Below are positions 10,833-19,772 of a DNA stretch of 32,000 nucleotides, piece by piece. Source of the stretch: Prochlorococcus sp. MIT 0801 (GTDB lineage: Bacteria > Cyanobacteriota > Cyanobacteriia > PCC-6307 > Cyanobiaceae); contig NZ_CP007754.1 in the NCBI RefSeq assembly GCF_000757865.1, positions 1-32,000 of the forward strand, in the 5' to 3' direction. A program made the position numbers and the translations under genes. The notes under the pieces are model-generated. The model was given only the letters and a program-made list of their open reading frames with translations, had not been told where the DNA came from and made no database searches. The stretch's first letter is position 1. Each line of letters opens with the position of its first letter.

Positions 10833-11555
10833 GTGCAGTCCTCTCCCAAGGAAGATCTGACTCTTGGCTCAAGGCTTCAGCAGGATCTTAAAAACGACCT
10901 AATAGCCGGTCTTTTGGTGGTTATCCCCTTAGCTACCACTATTTGGTTGTCTACAATTGTCAGCCGCTTTGTTTTGGCGATATTAACTTCAATACCAAAA
11001 CAATTAAATCCTTTCATTACTCTTAATCCTTTATTGCAAGACCTTATCAATCTTGCTTTGGGTTTAACCGTCCCATTACTCGGTATTTTGTTGATAGGTC
11101 TTATGGCCAGAAATTTTGTAGGGAGATGGTTGCTTGAGTTTGGGGAAGGAACTCTGTCTCGAATACCACTTGCTGGATCAGTTTATAAAACTCTTAAACA
11201 ACTTCTAGAAACCTTTTTGAGAGATAATTCAACTAGATTTCGCAGAGTTGTGTTAGTTGAATATCCCCGAGAAGGTTTATTCAGCGTTGGTTTTGTGACT
11301 GGTATTGTTGGACCATCTTTACAAACTGAACCAAAGCAACCTTTGTTAAGCGTTTTTATACCTACTGCACCAAACCCTACAACTGGTTGGTACACATTAG
11401 TGCCAGAAGATTCTGTTAAAGATTTAGATATCACGGTTGAAGATGCTTTTCGAACTATTATTTCTGCTGGAATTGTAAATCCTGATGATAGGAGTAACTC
11501 TACAAATACATCTTTTTCTAGTTTATTTTCTCAGTTAAGAGCATCATCGTCGTAA
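10833..11555 (+). CDS. DUF502-family integral membrane protein
   Basis: The ORF track begins at ATG 10776, but that extension runs through a TATATATATA promoter-like tract. GTG at 10833 gives VQSSPKEDLTLGSRLQQDLKNDLIAGLLVVIPLATTIWL, the usual DUF502 opening. The start is uncertain. Confidence 0.75.
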   Translation: MQSSPKEDLTLGSRLQQDLKNDLIAGLLVVIPLATTIWLSTIVSRFVLAILTSIPKQLNPFITLNPLLQDLINLALGLTVPLLGILLIGLMARNFVGRWLLEFGEGTLSRIPLAGSVYKTLKQLLETFLRDNSTRFRRVVLVEYPREGLFSVGFVTGIVGPSLQTEPKQPLLSVFIPTAPNPTTGWYTLVPEDSVKDLDITVEDAFRTIISAGIVNPDDRSNSTNTSFSSLFSQLRASSS

Positions 11556-11572
11556 GGCTTTTAGTTAAAGTT

Positions 11573-12199
11573 ATGCAATTAAAATCAATTTCCAGAGAAT
11601 TAGCTCTTTTACTCTTAGGACAAATTAAAAAAAAAGATATTAATAAATTAAATACTGAAAGTTTACTTAGTAAAGCAATTGAATCTTTAACTCAACATTG
11701 GCGAGAACAATTAGATTCATGTGCATCGCAATTAGAAAAAGCCAATCAGGAATTATTGGATAGTGAATTTCAAGGAGATGCCGGATTGTTAATTAAATCT
11801 CGAAATCATTTGAAAACTTGCTTGATTGACTCAGAGAATATACTTAACTGCTTGTCTGAAAGTATCGAATTACCAAGATTACTAGCTTTAGTTGATCAAA
11901 AGGAAATACGTGATTTCGCTCTGAGGCGTGTTAATTTAGTTATTGAAAAGCAAGATGAGATTGATCATAAGCTTGATAGCGTTATGGAAGGTTGGCGTTT
12001 AAAAAGATTACCTAGAATTGATAGAGATATTTTGAGATTGGCATGGGTTGATTTAATCGATTTTAATACTCCTATGGCTGTTACCTGTAATGAAGCTGTA
12101 AATCTGGCTAATCGTTATAGCGATGAACAAGGACGAAGAATGATTAATGGAGTTTTAAGGAAACTTCAAAATTCTGCTTTAATACTAAATTTGAAATGA
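11573..12199 (+). CDS. nusB: Transcription antitermination factor NusB
   Basis: 208 aa. The C-terminal part, RDILRLAWVDLI...AVNEAVNLANRYSDEQGRRMINGVLRKL, is typical of NusB. Confidence 0.9.
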   Translation: MQLKSISRELALLLLGQIKKKDINKLNTESLLSKAIESLTQHWREQLDSCASQLEKANQELLDSEFQGDAGLLIKSRNHLKTCLIDSENILNCLSESIELPRLLALVDQKEIRDFALRRVNLVIEKQDEIDHKLDSVMEGWRLKRLPRIDRDILRLAWVDLIDFNTPMAVTCNEAVNLANRYSDEQGRRMINGVLRKLQNSALILNLK

Positions 12200-13491
12200 A
12201 AGACGATTTCTCTCAGAACAAACAGAATTCTTCTAATGTGGAGCAAAGTGAGAATTCATCTTCTGGGATTGATGACTCTTTAGATTGGGCAAAACAAGTT
12301 TATTTGCAACTGAAGCAAAAGCAAAAAGAGGAAAAAGAGTTATTTCAAAAAGAAATTGAAGAAAAAGAGATACTGAATACTAAAACAAATATAAACGAGG
12401 ATTTTAAGTCAAATAGTAAAGTTGAAAATAGATTGAAAGTTAGTCAAGAAACACAAGGAGAAGATCAGCCTCAACTAGGAGATTTTGACGATACTTTCAC
12501 ATGGTCAGCAGAAGTTTTAGCCGCTCAAGGTAAAAAAATTGATCAATTTTCATTAGATGAAATTGATTGGCTCAGCAGGCTGAAGCGAGGATTAGAAAAA
12601 ACTCGTAAAGGCTTTGTTACTGATTTATTAGATAAATTAGGCGACGATCCACTTACTCCTGAAGTTCTTGATGATTTAGAAACTCTTTTACTTAGAGCAG
12701 ATGCTGGAGTTTCTGCTACTGATCAAATTTTAGAATCTCTAAGAACTAAGTTAAACGAGGAAGTTGTTGAAGCTTCTGAGGGTTTGCGTTTTTTAAAAGA
12801 ACAACTAGTCAATGTTTTAGAAAAGCCAATCAAAGATAGTGGTGTTGATTTACTTTCTCCACAAAAAGGTTGTTTAAATATTTGGATGCTAGTAGGGGTT
12901 AATGGTGTTGGGAAAACGACGACTCTTGGTAAATTGGCAAGTGTTGCAAAAAGAAGTGGTTTTTCAGCAATGATTGCTGCTGCAGATACTTTTAGAGCTG
13001 CAGCTGTTCAACAAGTCAAGGTATGGGGTGAAAGAACAGGGGTTGAAGTTATTGCAAATGAATCTAAGAATGCCGATCCAGCATCGATAGTATTTGATGC
13101 TATTGGTGCAAGTAAGTCAAAGAATATAGATCTACTATTGGTAGATACTGCAGGAAGATTACAAACGAAAAATAATTTAATGGAGGAATTAAAAAAAATT
13201 AGAAAAATTATCGATAAACTTGCTCCTAAAGCAAATGTTGAATCTTTACTAGTGCTTGATTCTAGTCAAGGTCAAAATGGGCTAAGGCAGGCTCTAGCAT
13301 TTGCTGATTCAGCAGAATTAACAGGAGTAATACTTACAAAACTTGATGGATCTTCTAAAGGAGGTGTTGCTATGGCTGTTGCATCAGAAGCAAAACTTCC
13401 TGTCAGATTTATCGGAGCTGGTGAGAAAATTAGAGACTTGAGACCATTTAATAGTTTTGAGTTTATTGAGGCACTTTTAACTGTTAAATGA
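12196..13491 (+). CDS. ftsY: Signal recognition particle receptor FtsY
   Basis: 431 aa. Acidic N-terminal domain followed by the SRP GTPase motifs GVNGVGKTTT, DTAGRL and TKLDG. ATGA overlap with the nusB stop. Confidence 0.95.
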   Translation: MKDDFSQNKQNSSNVEQSENSSSGIDDSLDWAKQVYLQLKQKQKEEKELFQKEIEEKEILNTKTNINEDFKSNSKVENRLKVSQETQGEDQPQLGDFDDTFTWSAEVLAAQGKKIDQFSLDEIDWLSRLKRGLEKTRKGFVTDLLDKLGDDPLTPEVLDDLETLLLRADAGVSATDQILESLRTKLNEEVVEASEGLRFLKEQLVNVLEKPIKDSGVDLLSPQKGCLNIWMLVGVNGVGKTTTLGKLASVAKRSGFSAMIAAADTFRAAAVQQVKVWGERTGVEVIANESKNADPASIVFDAIGASKSKNIDLLLVDTAGRLQTKNNLMEELKKIRKIIDKLAPKANVESLLVLDSSQGQNGLRQALAFADSAELTGVILTKLDGSSKGGVAMAVASEAKLPVRFIGAGEKIRDLRPFNSFEFIEALLTVK

Positions 13492-13549
13492 TTTTTAGAA
13501 ATTTTGTGTATATGTTGCTAGGTTTTAATTTCTTTATTGCCGGAGAATT

Positions 13550-14950
13550 GTGAAAGAAAATTCTCCAATTTCAGAACAACAAAGTCAACACCCTAATAAC
13601 TTCTTATCAAGTGCTGCTTCCAAGTCTTTAAGCGATTTGGTTCACAGTCTTTCTCAAGAGCAAATTGTTAATCAAGATTTATTGCTTTCATTGAGCTTTG
13701 CTTTGCGAAGTTTTACTAATTTACAGCGTTTTCTTGAACTTATTCCTCTTCTTATTACTCAATTAGTTGGCGTTAAAGGATCATTGTTAATTTCATTTCA
13801 AGATAATGGAAGTCTTTGGCGGGAACAGTTACAAATGGTTCCTATGGATGAAGATCAGGAACTCTTTAGAAAATTATTTCTTTTAGAGGAAGGGAAGAAA
13901 ACGGGTTTTGGCATGCAGGAAAAGAATATTGAAATGTTAGATCGCTTAGTTGAAAGACATTTTGAATCTTGTAATGTGATCGCTACATCGATAGTTTCGA
14001 GAGGAAGACCGCGAGGTCGATTATATGTATTTGATAAAAAAGAGATTGTTTTAGGAAGTAATGTTCATCGAAAATATATTCAAATAGTTGCTGATCTGAC
14101 CGGAGTAGCTATAGAAAATGATGCCATTTTTCAGGTGATTCGTAATCATGAAAAAGTTGATAGACAAATAAGTATTGGCGCCGAAATTCAATCACAATTA
14201 TTGCCAGATCAATGTCCAGTCATTGAAGGAGTTGAATTAGCTGCTTGTTGCAGGCCAGCTTTTCAAGTAGGTGGTGATTATTACGATTTTATGCCCACTC
14301 GCTCAGATTTAAATGAAACAGCAAAAGCTAGTGGGCGGTGGGCTTTTGTGATAGGTGATGTTATGGGTAAAGGTGTTCCTGCTGGATTGTTGATGACTAT
14401 GCTACGAGGGATGCTTAGAGCCGAAGTTTTAACAGGATTACCCCCTGATGTTATTTTGCATGACTTGAATCAATTAGCTCTTGAAGATTTGACTCAATCA
14501 CATAGGTTTGTAACTTTATTTTATTCGGACTTTGACGCTCAATCAAGAAAATTACGTTTTGCTAATGCAGCACATAATCCTCCTTTACTTTGGAGCGCTA
14601 AGTCAAAATCAATCCATAGATTAGACACCCCTGGTCTATTAATAGGTCTTCAACCTGAAGCGGAATATGGATGTGGGGAGATATTTCTTCAGCCTGGTGA
14701 TGTTCTTCTGTACTACACCGATGGTGTTACTGAGGCACCTGGTATTTCGGGTGAACGTTTTGATGAAAATCGTTTAATAACTTTTTTAGATAAATTTGCT
14801 AAGGAAGGCTTGGGGGCTAAACAAATATTAAATAAACTTTTTGAAAGATTAGATGGTTTTGTTGGTGTTAGTGATCATCATCTTGAAGATGATGCATCAA
14901 TGGTGGTTTTAAAAGTCAATGATGAATTAACGGTTCCTGAATTAACTTAG
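13550..14950 (+). CDS. GAF-domain PP2C-type serine phosphatase (SpoIIE/RsbU-like)
   Basis: 466 aa. GTG start preceded by GGAGA. C-terminal half carries SpoIIE/PP2C motifs (GGDYYDF, IGDVMGKGVPAG, YYTDGVTEA, DDASMVV). The N-terminal half is GAF-like. Confidence 0.85.
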   Translation: MKENSPISEQQSQHPNNFLSSAASKSLSDLVHSLSQEQIVNQDLLLSLSFALRSFTNLQRFLELIPLLITQLVGVKGSLLISFQDNGSLWREQLQMVPMDEDQELFRKLFLLEEGKKTGFGMQEKNIEMLDRLVERHFESCNVIATSIVSRGRPRGRLYVFDKKEIVLGSNVHRKYIQIVADLTGVAIENDAIFQVIRNHEKVDRQISIGAEIQSQLLPDQCPVIEGVELAACCRPAFQVGGDYYDFMPTRSDLNETAKASGRWAFVIGDVMGKGVPAGLLMTMLRGMLRAEVLTGLPPDVILHDLNQLALEDLTQSHRFVTLFYSDFDAQSRKLRFANAAHNPPLLWSAKSKSIHRLDTPGLLIGLQPEAEYGCGEIFLQPGDVLLYYTDGVTEAPGISGERFDENRLITFLDKFAKEGLGAKQILNKLFERLDGFVGVSDHHLEDDASMVVLKVNDELTVPELT

Positions 14951-14998
14951 TAATCACCTGACAATTGCGAAGACTCTTGCTTTATTTATATTAGTAAT

Positions 14999-16390
14999 AT
15001 GGAAAAAGCATTGAGCAAAACTTGGAGCGAGAGATTTGATAAAGGACTTAATCCTTTTATAGAAAAATTTAATGCTTCAATCGATTTTGATATTTGTTTA
15101 TTAGAAGAAGATTTGGATGGATCAATTGCCCATGCACGTATGCTTGGAATCCAAGGGATTATTACCAAGGAAGAGGCCATTAAATTAGAAAATGGTCTTC
15201 AACAGATTAGAAAAGAGGCATCTGATGGTTTATTTCATCCTGTCATTTCAGATGAAGATGTGCATTTTGCAGTAGAAAAAAAATTAATAGATTTGATAGG
15301 CTCGGTAGGAAAAAAACTACATACTGGCCGTAGTCGTAATGATCAAGTTGGAACAGATCTTAGATTATGGCTAAGAAAGCGTATTGATGAAATTGATATG
15401 GATTTGGAGCGTCTTCAGATAGCTCTTTTTTTATTAGCAGAAGAAAATCTTTACACGCTTATTCCTGGTTATACGCATTTACAAAGAGCACAACCTTTGT
15501 CTCTGGCGCATCATTTATTGGCATATATTGAGATGGCACAAAGAGATAGAAACAGATTGAAAGACGTAAGAAAACGAGTGAATATTTCCCCGCTAGGAGC
15601 AGCTGCTTTAGCAGGAACATCTATTTCTATAAGCAGAAAAATTACTTCTTCAGAATTACACTTTCAAGATATTTACGCTAACAGTTTAGATGCTGTAAGT
15701 GATAGAGACTTTGTCGTAGAATTTTTAGGAGCCTCTTCGTTAATTATGGCTCATTTAAGTAGATTATCTGAAGAAGTAATTTTATGGGCATCGGAAGAAT
15801 TTGCATTTATTCAATTAACCGACCGATGTGCTACCGGAAGTAGTCTTATGCCTCAAAAAAAGAATCCTGATGTGCCAGAACTTGTTCGGGGTAAGTCAGG
15901 AAGAGTATTTGGACATTTACAAGCTATGCTTACTATGATCAAAGGATTACCTTTGGCTTACAATAAAGATTTTCAAGAAGACAAAGAAGCCATTTTTGAT
16001 AGTGTTAAAACAGTTAAGAATTCCTTGGTTGCCATATCAATATTGTTTGAAGAAGGTTTAATTTTTAGAAAAGAAAGACTTAATCACGCTGTTTCATCAG
16101 ACTTTTCAAATGCCACTGACGTTGCTGATTATTTAGTGGCTAAAGACATACCATTCAGAGAGGCTTATCAATTAGTCGGGCGAATTGTAAAAACTTCTTT
16201 AGAGGAAGGGATTTTACTAAAAGACATTACTTTGGAAAGATGGAAAACATTTCATAAATTTTTTGAAAAAGATATTTACGAAAAGCTTTTACCGTCAAGT
16301 GTGGTTGAGTCTCGTTTGAGTGCTGGTGGAACTGGATTTGAGAGAGTTCAAGAACAGCTTCTTTCTTGGCGAGAAAAATTATTTAATTAA
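14999..16390 (+). CDS. argH: Argininosuccinate lyase
   Basis: 463 aa. Fumarate-lyase signature [12 protein letters not shown] and an N-terminus typical of ArgH ([20 protein letters not shown]). Confidence 0.95.
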   Translation: MEKALSKTWSERFDKGLNPFIEKFNASIDFDICLLEEDLDGSIAHARMLGIQGIITKEEAIKLENGLQQIRKEASDGLFHPVISDEDVHFAVEKKLIDLIGSVGKKLHTGRSRNDQVGTDLRLWLRKRIDEIDMDLERLQIALFLLAEENLYTLIPGYTHLQRAQPLSLAHHLLAYIEMAQRDRNRLKDVRKRVNISPLGAAALAGTSISISRKITSSELHFQDIYANSLDAVSDRDFVVEFLGASSLIMAHLSRLSEEVILWASEEFAFIQLTDRCATGSSLMPQKKNPDVPELVRGKSGRVFGHLQAMLTMIKGLPLAYNKDFQEDKEAIFDSVKTVKNSLVAISILFEEGLIFRKERLNHAVSSDFSNATDVADYLVAKDIPFREAYQLVGRIVKTSLEEGILLKDITLERWKTFHKFFEKDIYEKLLPSSVVESRLSAGGTGFERVQEQLLSWREKLFN

Positions 16391-16441
16391 AAAATTCGTT
16401 ATAAATCTATTTTAGGGCTTTCGGTATTAAAGTGTTTAGTG

Positions 16442-16482
16442 ATAACTCATTTTAGAGTTATTAATTTTGGCTATTCATAGCC
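16442..16482 (+). promoter_or_regulatory. Two small hairpins in the leader/promoter region of the RRM gene
   Basis: ATAACTC(16442-16448)/GAGTTAT(16455-16461) forms a 7-bp stem with a 6-nt loop. GGCTA(16469-16473)/TAGCC(16478-16482) forms a 5-bp stem around TTCA. Function not established. Confidence 0.25.
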
Positions 16483-16516
16483 GATTAGTTACATTTTATT
16501 TTAAGTCAATTTTCAA

Positions 16517-17272
16517 GTGAGTATTTTTGTCGGCAACTTGCCCTTCCGCGCTGAGCAGGAAGATGTCATGGAATTGTTTTCTCCCTTTGGGGAGGTGTCA
16601 AATTGTTCTTTACCTTTAGAACGAGATACGGGACGCAAAAGAGGTTTTGCTTTTGTTGAGATGGCTGATGAAGCAGTTGAAGCTTCAGCAATTGAATCTC
16701 TACAAGGTGCTGAGCTCATGGGCCGTCCTTTAAGAATCAACAAAGCCGAACCTAGAGGGAGTGCTCCCAGAAGAGGCGGCGGTGGCGGCTATGGCGGTGG
16801 TGGCGGCTATGGCGGTGGCGGTCAAGGCGGTTATGGCGGTGGTGGCTATGGCGGTGGCGGTCAAGGCGGCTACGGCGGTGGCGGTCAAGGCGGCTACGGC
16901 GGTGGCGGTCAAGGCGGCTATGGCGGTGGCGGTCAAGGTGGCTACGGCGGTGGCGGTCAAGGTGGCTACGGCGGTGGCGGTCAAGGTGGCTACGGCGGTG
17001 GCGGTCAAGGCGGCTACGGCGGTGGCGGTCAAGGTGGCTACGGCGGTGGCGGTCAAGGCGGCTACGGCGGTGGCGGCTATGGCGGTGGCGGTCAGTCTGA
17101 TCAATCAGCTCAAGATAGACCTTCTGGAGCCAAAGGCTGGGAAGATCGTAGTCATGGTAATGCTTCTCAAGATGTAAATGACTTTGATCAAGGTCGTAGT
17201 AGAAGAAGAAGAGGTGCTTCGCCTGAAGGGGGAGCTGACTCTACTGCAGATTATGGCGGCGCAGAATCTTAA
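16517..17272 (+). CDS. RRM-type RNA-binding protein with expanded Gly/Tyr-rich repeat domain
   Basis: 251 aa. The GTG start is forced because RNP2 (IFVGNL) begins at residue 3. RNP1 is RGFAFVEM. Residues 87-193 are GGYGGGGQ-type repeats, followed by a charged tail. Confidence 0.9.
   Translation: MSIFVGNLPFRAEQEDVMELFSPFGEVSNCSLPLERDTGRKRGFAFVEMADEAVEASAIESLQGAELMGRPLRINKAEPRGSAPRRGGGGGYGGGGGYGGGGQGGYGGGGYGGGGQGGYGGGGQGGYGGGGQGGYGGGGQGGYGGGGQGGYGGGGQGGYGGGGQGGYGGGGQGGYGGGGQGGYGGGGYGGGGQSDQSAQDRPSGAKGWEDRSHGNASQDVNDFDQGRSRRRRGASPEGGADSTADYGGAES
16775..17095 (+). repeat. In-frame GC-rich tandem repeat: eight 24-bp GGYGGGGQ units (16865-17056) flanked by degenerate units
   Basis: Direct reading shows units of ggYggctaYggcggtggcggtcaa at an exact 24-nt period, differing only at synonymous positions. 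The 39-nt flanks 16826-16864 and 17057-17095 both encode GGYGGGGYGGGGQ. Confidence 0.95.
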
Positions 17273-17289
17273 AGATTTCGTTTATTTTT

Positions 17290-18297
17290 TTATTGCCCAG
17301 CATCTTCGAGTTGTTGGGCAATTTTTTTTAAAATGGAAATATCAGCTTTCTGAGTTTGACATTTTTCACTTAATTCTTGTCTCAATATTTTTGCATTAGG
17401 AATATTTTCTATCAGATTTAAAATGTGTCTAGAAATTTGCCAAAGACGTCCATCATTCTCTAAATGCTTTTGAGCAAAAGGAATAAGCTTTTTTATTATT
17501 TTTGATCTTGATAAATATTTTTCTTTTTGTCCAAAAATTAATGAATCAATTTTTGTCCAAAGAAATGGATGAGAGTATGCAGCTCTTCCCACCATTGCTC
17601 CATCAAATACTTTGAGAGCTTCAATGGAATCATTAATCGTATTTAGTCCACCGTTCAGCTCAATAATTAATTCCGGCCTGTTATTTTTTAATTTTTGAAC
17701 TCTTTCATATTGAAGAGGTGGAATTGTACGATTTTCTTTTGGATTTAATCCATTAAGCCAAGCTTTTCTTGCATGAATTATGAATCTGTCTGCTCCTGCA
17801 AGTGAACAAGTATCAACAAATTTTAGAAGATAATCATCACTGTCGAGATTATCAATACCAAGCCTGTGTTTGATGGTTATTGGTTTATTGCATGATTTCT
17901 TCATTTTCTCAATACAATCAGCCACTATCTTTGGTTTTCCCATAAGACAAGCTCCAAAGTTGCCAGATTTTACTCTCGGACTTGGACATCCAATGTTTAA
18001 GTTAATTTCGTCATAGCCCCAATCTTCAGCCATTTGAGCTGCTTCAGCTAAAAGTTTCGGGTTGTCTCCTCCTAGTTGTATGGAAATAGGATGCTCAATC
18101 TCATCAAAATCTAATAATTTATTCCTGTTTTTGCTGTAATGGAGCGCTTGGGCCACAATCATTTCAGTGTAGAGAAGCGATTTTTTGGTGATCTGGCGCA
18201 TAAGGACACGAAAATGCCTATCTGTGCAATCCATCATTGGAGCAATACTTAATCTGTAGTTAGCTATTTCATTTGTTTTTAAAGAATTGGAAATCAT
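17290..18297 (-). CDS. dusA: tRNA-dihydrouridine synthase A
   Basis: 335 aa. SIAPMMDCTDRHFR opening and the TIM-barrel Dus motifs (NLNIGCP, KHRLG) are typical of DusA. Confidence 0.9.
   Translation of the reverse strand: MISNSLKTNEIANYRLSIAPMMDCTDRHFRVLMRQITKKSLLYTEMIVAQALHYSKNRNKLLDFDEIEHPISIQLGGDNPKLLAEAAQMAEDWGYDEINLNIGCPSPRVKSGNFGACLMGKPKIVADCIEKMKKSCNKPITIKHRLGIDNLDSDDYLLKFVDTCSLAGADRFIIHARKAWLNGLNPKENRTIPPLQYERVQKLKNNRPELIIELNGGLNTINDSIEALKVFDGAMVGRAAYSHPFLWTKIDSLIFGQKEKYLSRSKIIKKLIPFAQKHLENDGRLWQISRHILNLIENIPNAKILRQELSEKCQTQKADISILKKIAQQLEDAGQ
17292..17329 (+). terminator. Rho-independent terminator for the RRM gene, embedded in the 3' coding end of dusA
   Basis: ATTGCCCAGCA (17292-17302) pairs with TGTTGGGCAAT (17312-17322): 11 bp including one G-U, with a 9-nt loop, then T8 (17322-17329). 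It begins 20 nt after the rbp stop. Confidence 0.75.
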
Positions 18298-18368
18298 TTT
18301 TTATGAATTAATTTTTTCAACTTTTAGGGAGTAAATTTTATTAAGATTCACTGACTTGAGAAATTTCT

Positions 18369-18854
18369 TTGAAGCGTAGATTTTTTATGTTTGGACTTTT
18401 GAATACTCTTTTTGGTTTTACTATCAAACCAAAAAGCGCTTTTGCCTCCTCTAAACCTATGGAAAACTATAAAACTCTAACTGATGCAGACTGGGAAAAT
18501 CGTTTACCCAAAGACGCTTTTTACGTCTTACGAAAGGAAGGAACAGAGAGACCGTTTTCAAGTCCATTAAATGATGAAAAAAGGAAAGGAGTTTTTCGTT
18601 GTGCAGGATGCGGTCTTGCTTTATTTTCTTCAACAACAAAGTTTGACAGTGGAACAGGCTGGCCAAGCTTTTTTGATCATTTACCGGATGCAATAGAGAC
18701 AAAAACAGACTTCAAATTAATTGTCCCCAGAACTGAATATCATTGTCGACGATGTGGTGGGCATCAAGGACATGTTTTTAATGATGGTCCAAGACCCACT
18801 GGTAAACGATATTGTAATAATGGTGTAGCTCTTGCTTTTGAAGTTGATTCGTAA
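18369..18854 (+). CDS. msrB: Peptide-methionine (R)-S-oxide reductase MsrB with N-terminal twin-arginine-like signal
   Basis: 161 aa from TTG 18369 (alternative ATG at 18387). Two Zn-binding CxxC pairs (CAGC, CRRC) and the catalytic RYCNNG. N-terminus is MKRRFFMFGLLNTLFGFTIKPKSAFA/SS. Confidence 0.85.
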   Translation: MKRRFFMFGLLNTLFGFTIKPKSAFASSKPMENYKTLTDADWENRLPKDAFYVLRKEGTERPFSSPLNDEKRKGVFRCAGCGLALFSSTTKFDSGTGWPSFFDHLPDAIETKTDFKLIVPRTEYHCRRCGGHQGHVFNDGPRPTGKRYCNNGVALAFEVDS

Positions 18855-18948
18855 ATGATTATCTTTTCTATTCAAATAGGTGTGGGCTTCCGTAGCTTGT
18901 ACAAAAAACCCTTTGCAATCAACATGGTCTAAAAGCTGATTGAATTAT

Positions 18949-19728
18949 ATGAATTCAGACGTTTCCTCTTCCGAATATGAATTATCACAAGATGGTTCAT
19001 CACAAAATAATCCCAGTGAAAATTCTGTAAGTTCTCCTAAAAGTAATGAATCAGTTAATCAAGTTGAGCTTTCTGATAATCCCGACGTAGAGCCTCAAGT
19101 GAAGAATGATTCGGTAGATACATCAAACGAACAATCTTCAACTAGTTGTGATTCAAATATTAAAGGTTCAGATACTGAAGCAAGATTACAGCAATTAGAA
19201 AAAGAGCATGAAACTTTAAACAGCCAATATATGAGAATAGCTGCTGACTTTGATAATTTCCGAAAGCGACAGACGCGTGATCAAGATGATCTAAAAATTC
19301 AACTTACTTGCACAACCCTTAGTGAAATACTTCCTATTGTTGATAATTTTGAAAGAGCAAGGCAGCAGTTGAATCCTGAGGGTGAAGAAGCTCAAGCATT
19401 ACACCGAAGCTACCAAGGGCTTTACAAACAATTAGTTGAAGTTCTTAAGAATCTTGGCGTTGCTCCAATGCGAGTGGTTGATCAGGCTTTTGATCCGTCT
19501 TTGCATGAGGCAGTTATGAGAGAGCCCAGCGATGAAAAGGCTGAGGATATTGTGATTGAAGAATTACAACGGGGTTATCACCTTAACGGTCGTGTTTTAA
19601 GGCATGCCTTGGTTAAAGTTTCTATGGGTCCAGGCCCGAAAGCCGTTAATGAAGAGATTCCTGATCAGAGTGCTTCTAATCAAGAACTAAGTGAATCTGT
19701 AGATGGTTCAACTAAAGATGAGAATTAA
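18949..19728 (+). CDS. grpE: Nucleotide exchange factor GrpE
   Basis: The ORF track starts at TTG 18940; I prefer ATG 18949 (MNSDVSS...). S/N/E-rich N-terminal extension followed by the GrpE core ([36 protein letters not shown]). Confidence 0.9.
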   Translation: MNSDVSSSEYELSQDGSSQNNPSENSVSSPKSNESVNQVELSDNPDVEPQVKNDSVDTSNEQSSTSCDSNIKGSDTEARLQQLEKEHETLNSQYMRIAADFDNFRKRQTRDQDDLKIQLTCTTLSEILPIVDNFERARQQLNPEGEEAQALHRSYQGLYKQLVEVLKNLGVAPMRVVDQAFDPSLHEAVMREPSDEKAEDIVIEELQRGYHLNGRVLRHALVKVSMGPGPKAVNEEIPDQSASNQELSESVDGSTKDEN

Positions 19729-19772
19729 CTACATGATGATCGAAACGGAATTGAATTTGTTTAAATGTACTA

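Noticed and set aside
14966-14981. Possible hairpin GCGAAGACTCTTGC followed by a T-rich stretch after the PP2C gene
   Set aside because: Only about 4 bp can pair, with a bulge, so it is too weak to call a terminator.
16730-17177. Two long ORFs (124 aa on the minus strand, 138 aa on + in another frame) rich in Ala/Thr/Val that overlap the Gly-rich repeat of the RRM gene
   Set aside because: They are frame and strand shadows of the GGC/GGT tandem repeat. They have periodic low-complexity sequence, no start context and no independent motifs, whereas the RRM frame has RNP1 and RNP2.
18885-18893. ACGGAAGCC on the minus strand between msrB and grpE, reminiscent of the ACGGAAG core of glutamine (glnA) riboswitches
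   Set aside because: There is no accompanying CGUUCA element or pseudoknot partner, and the orientation is wrong relative to the flanking genes. A single 7-mer is not evidence.
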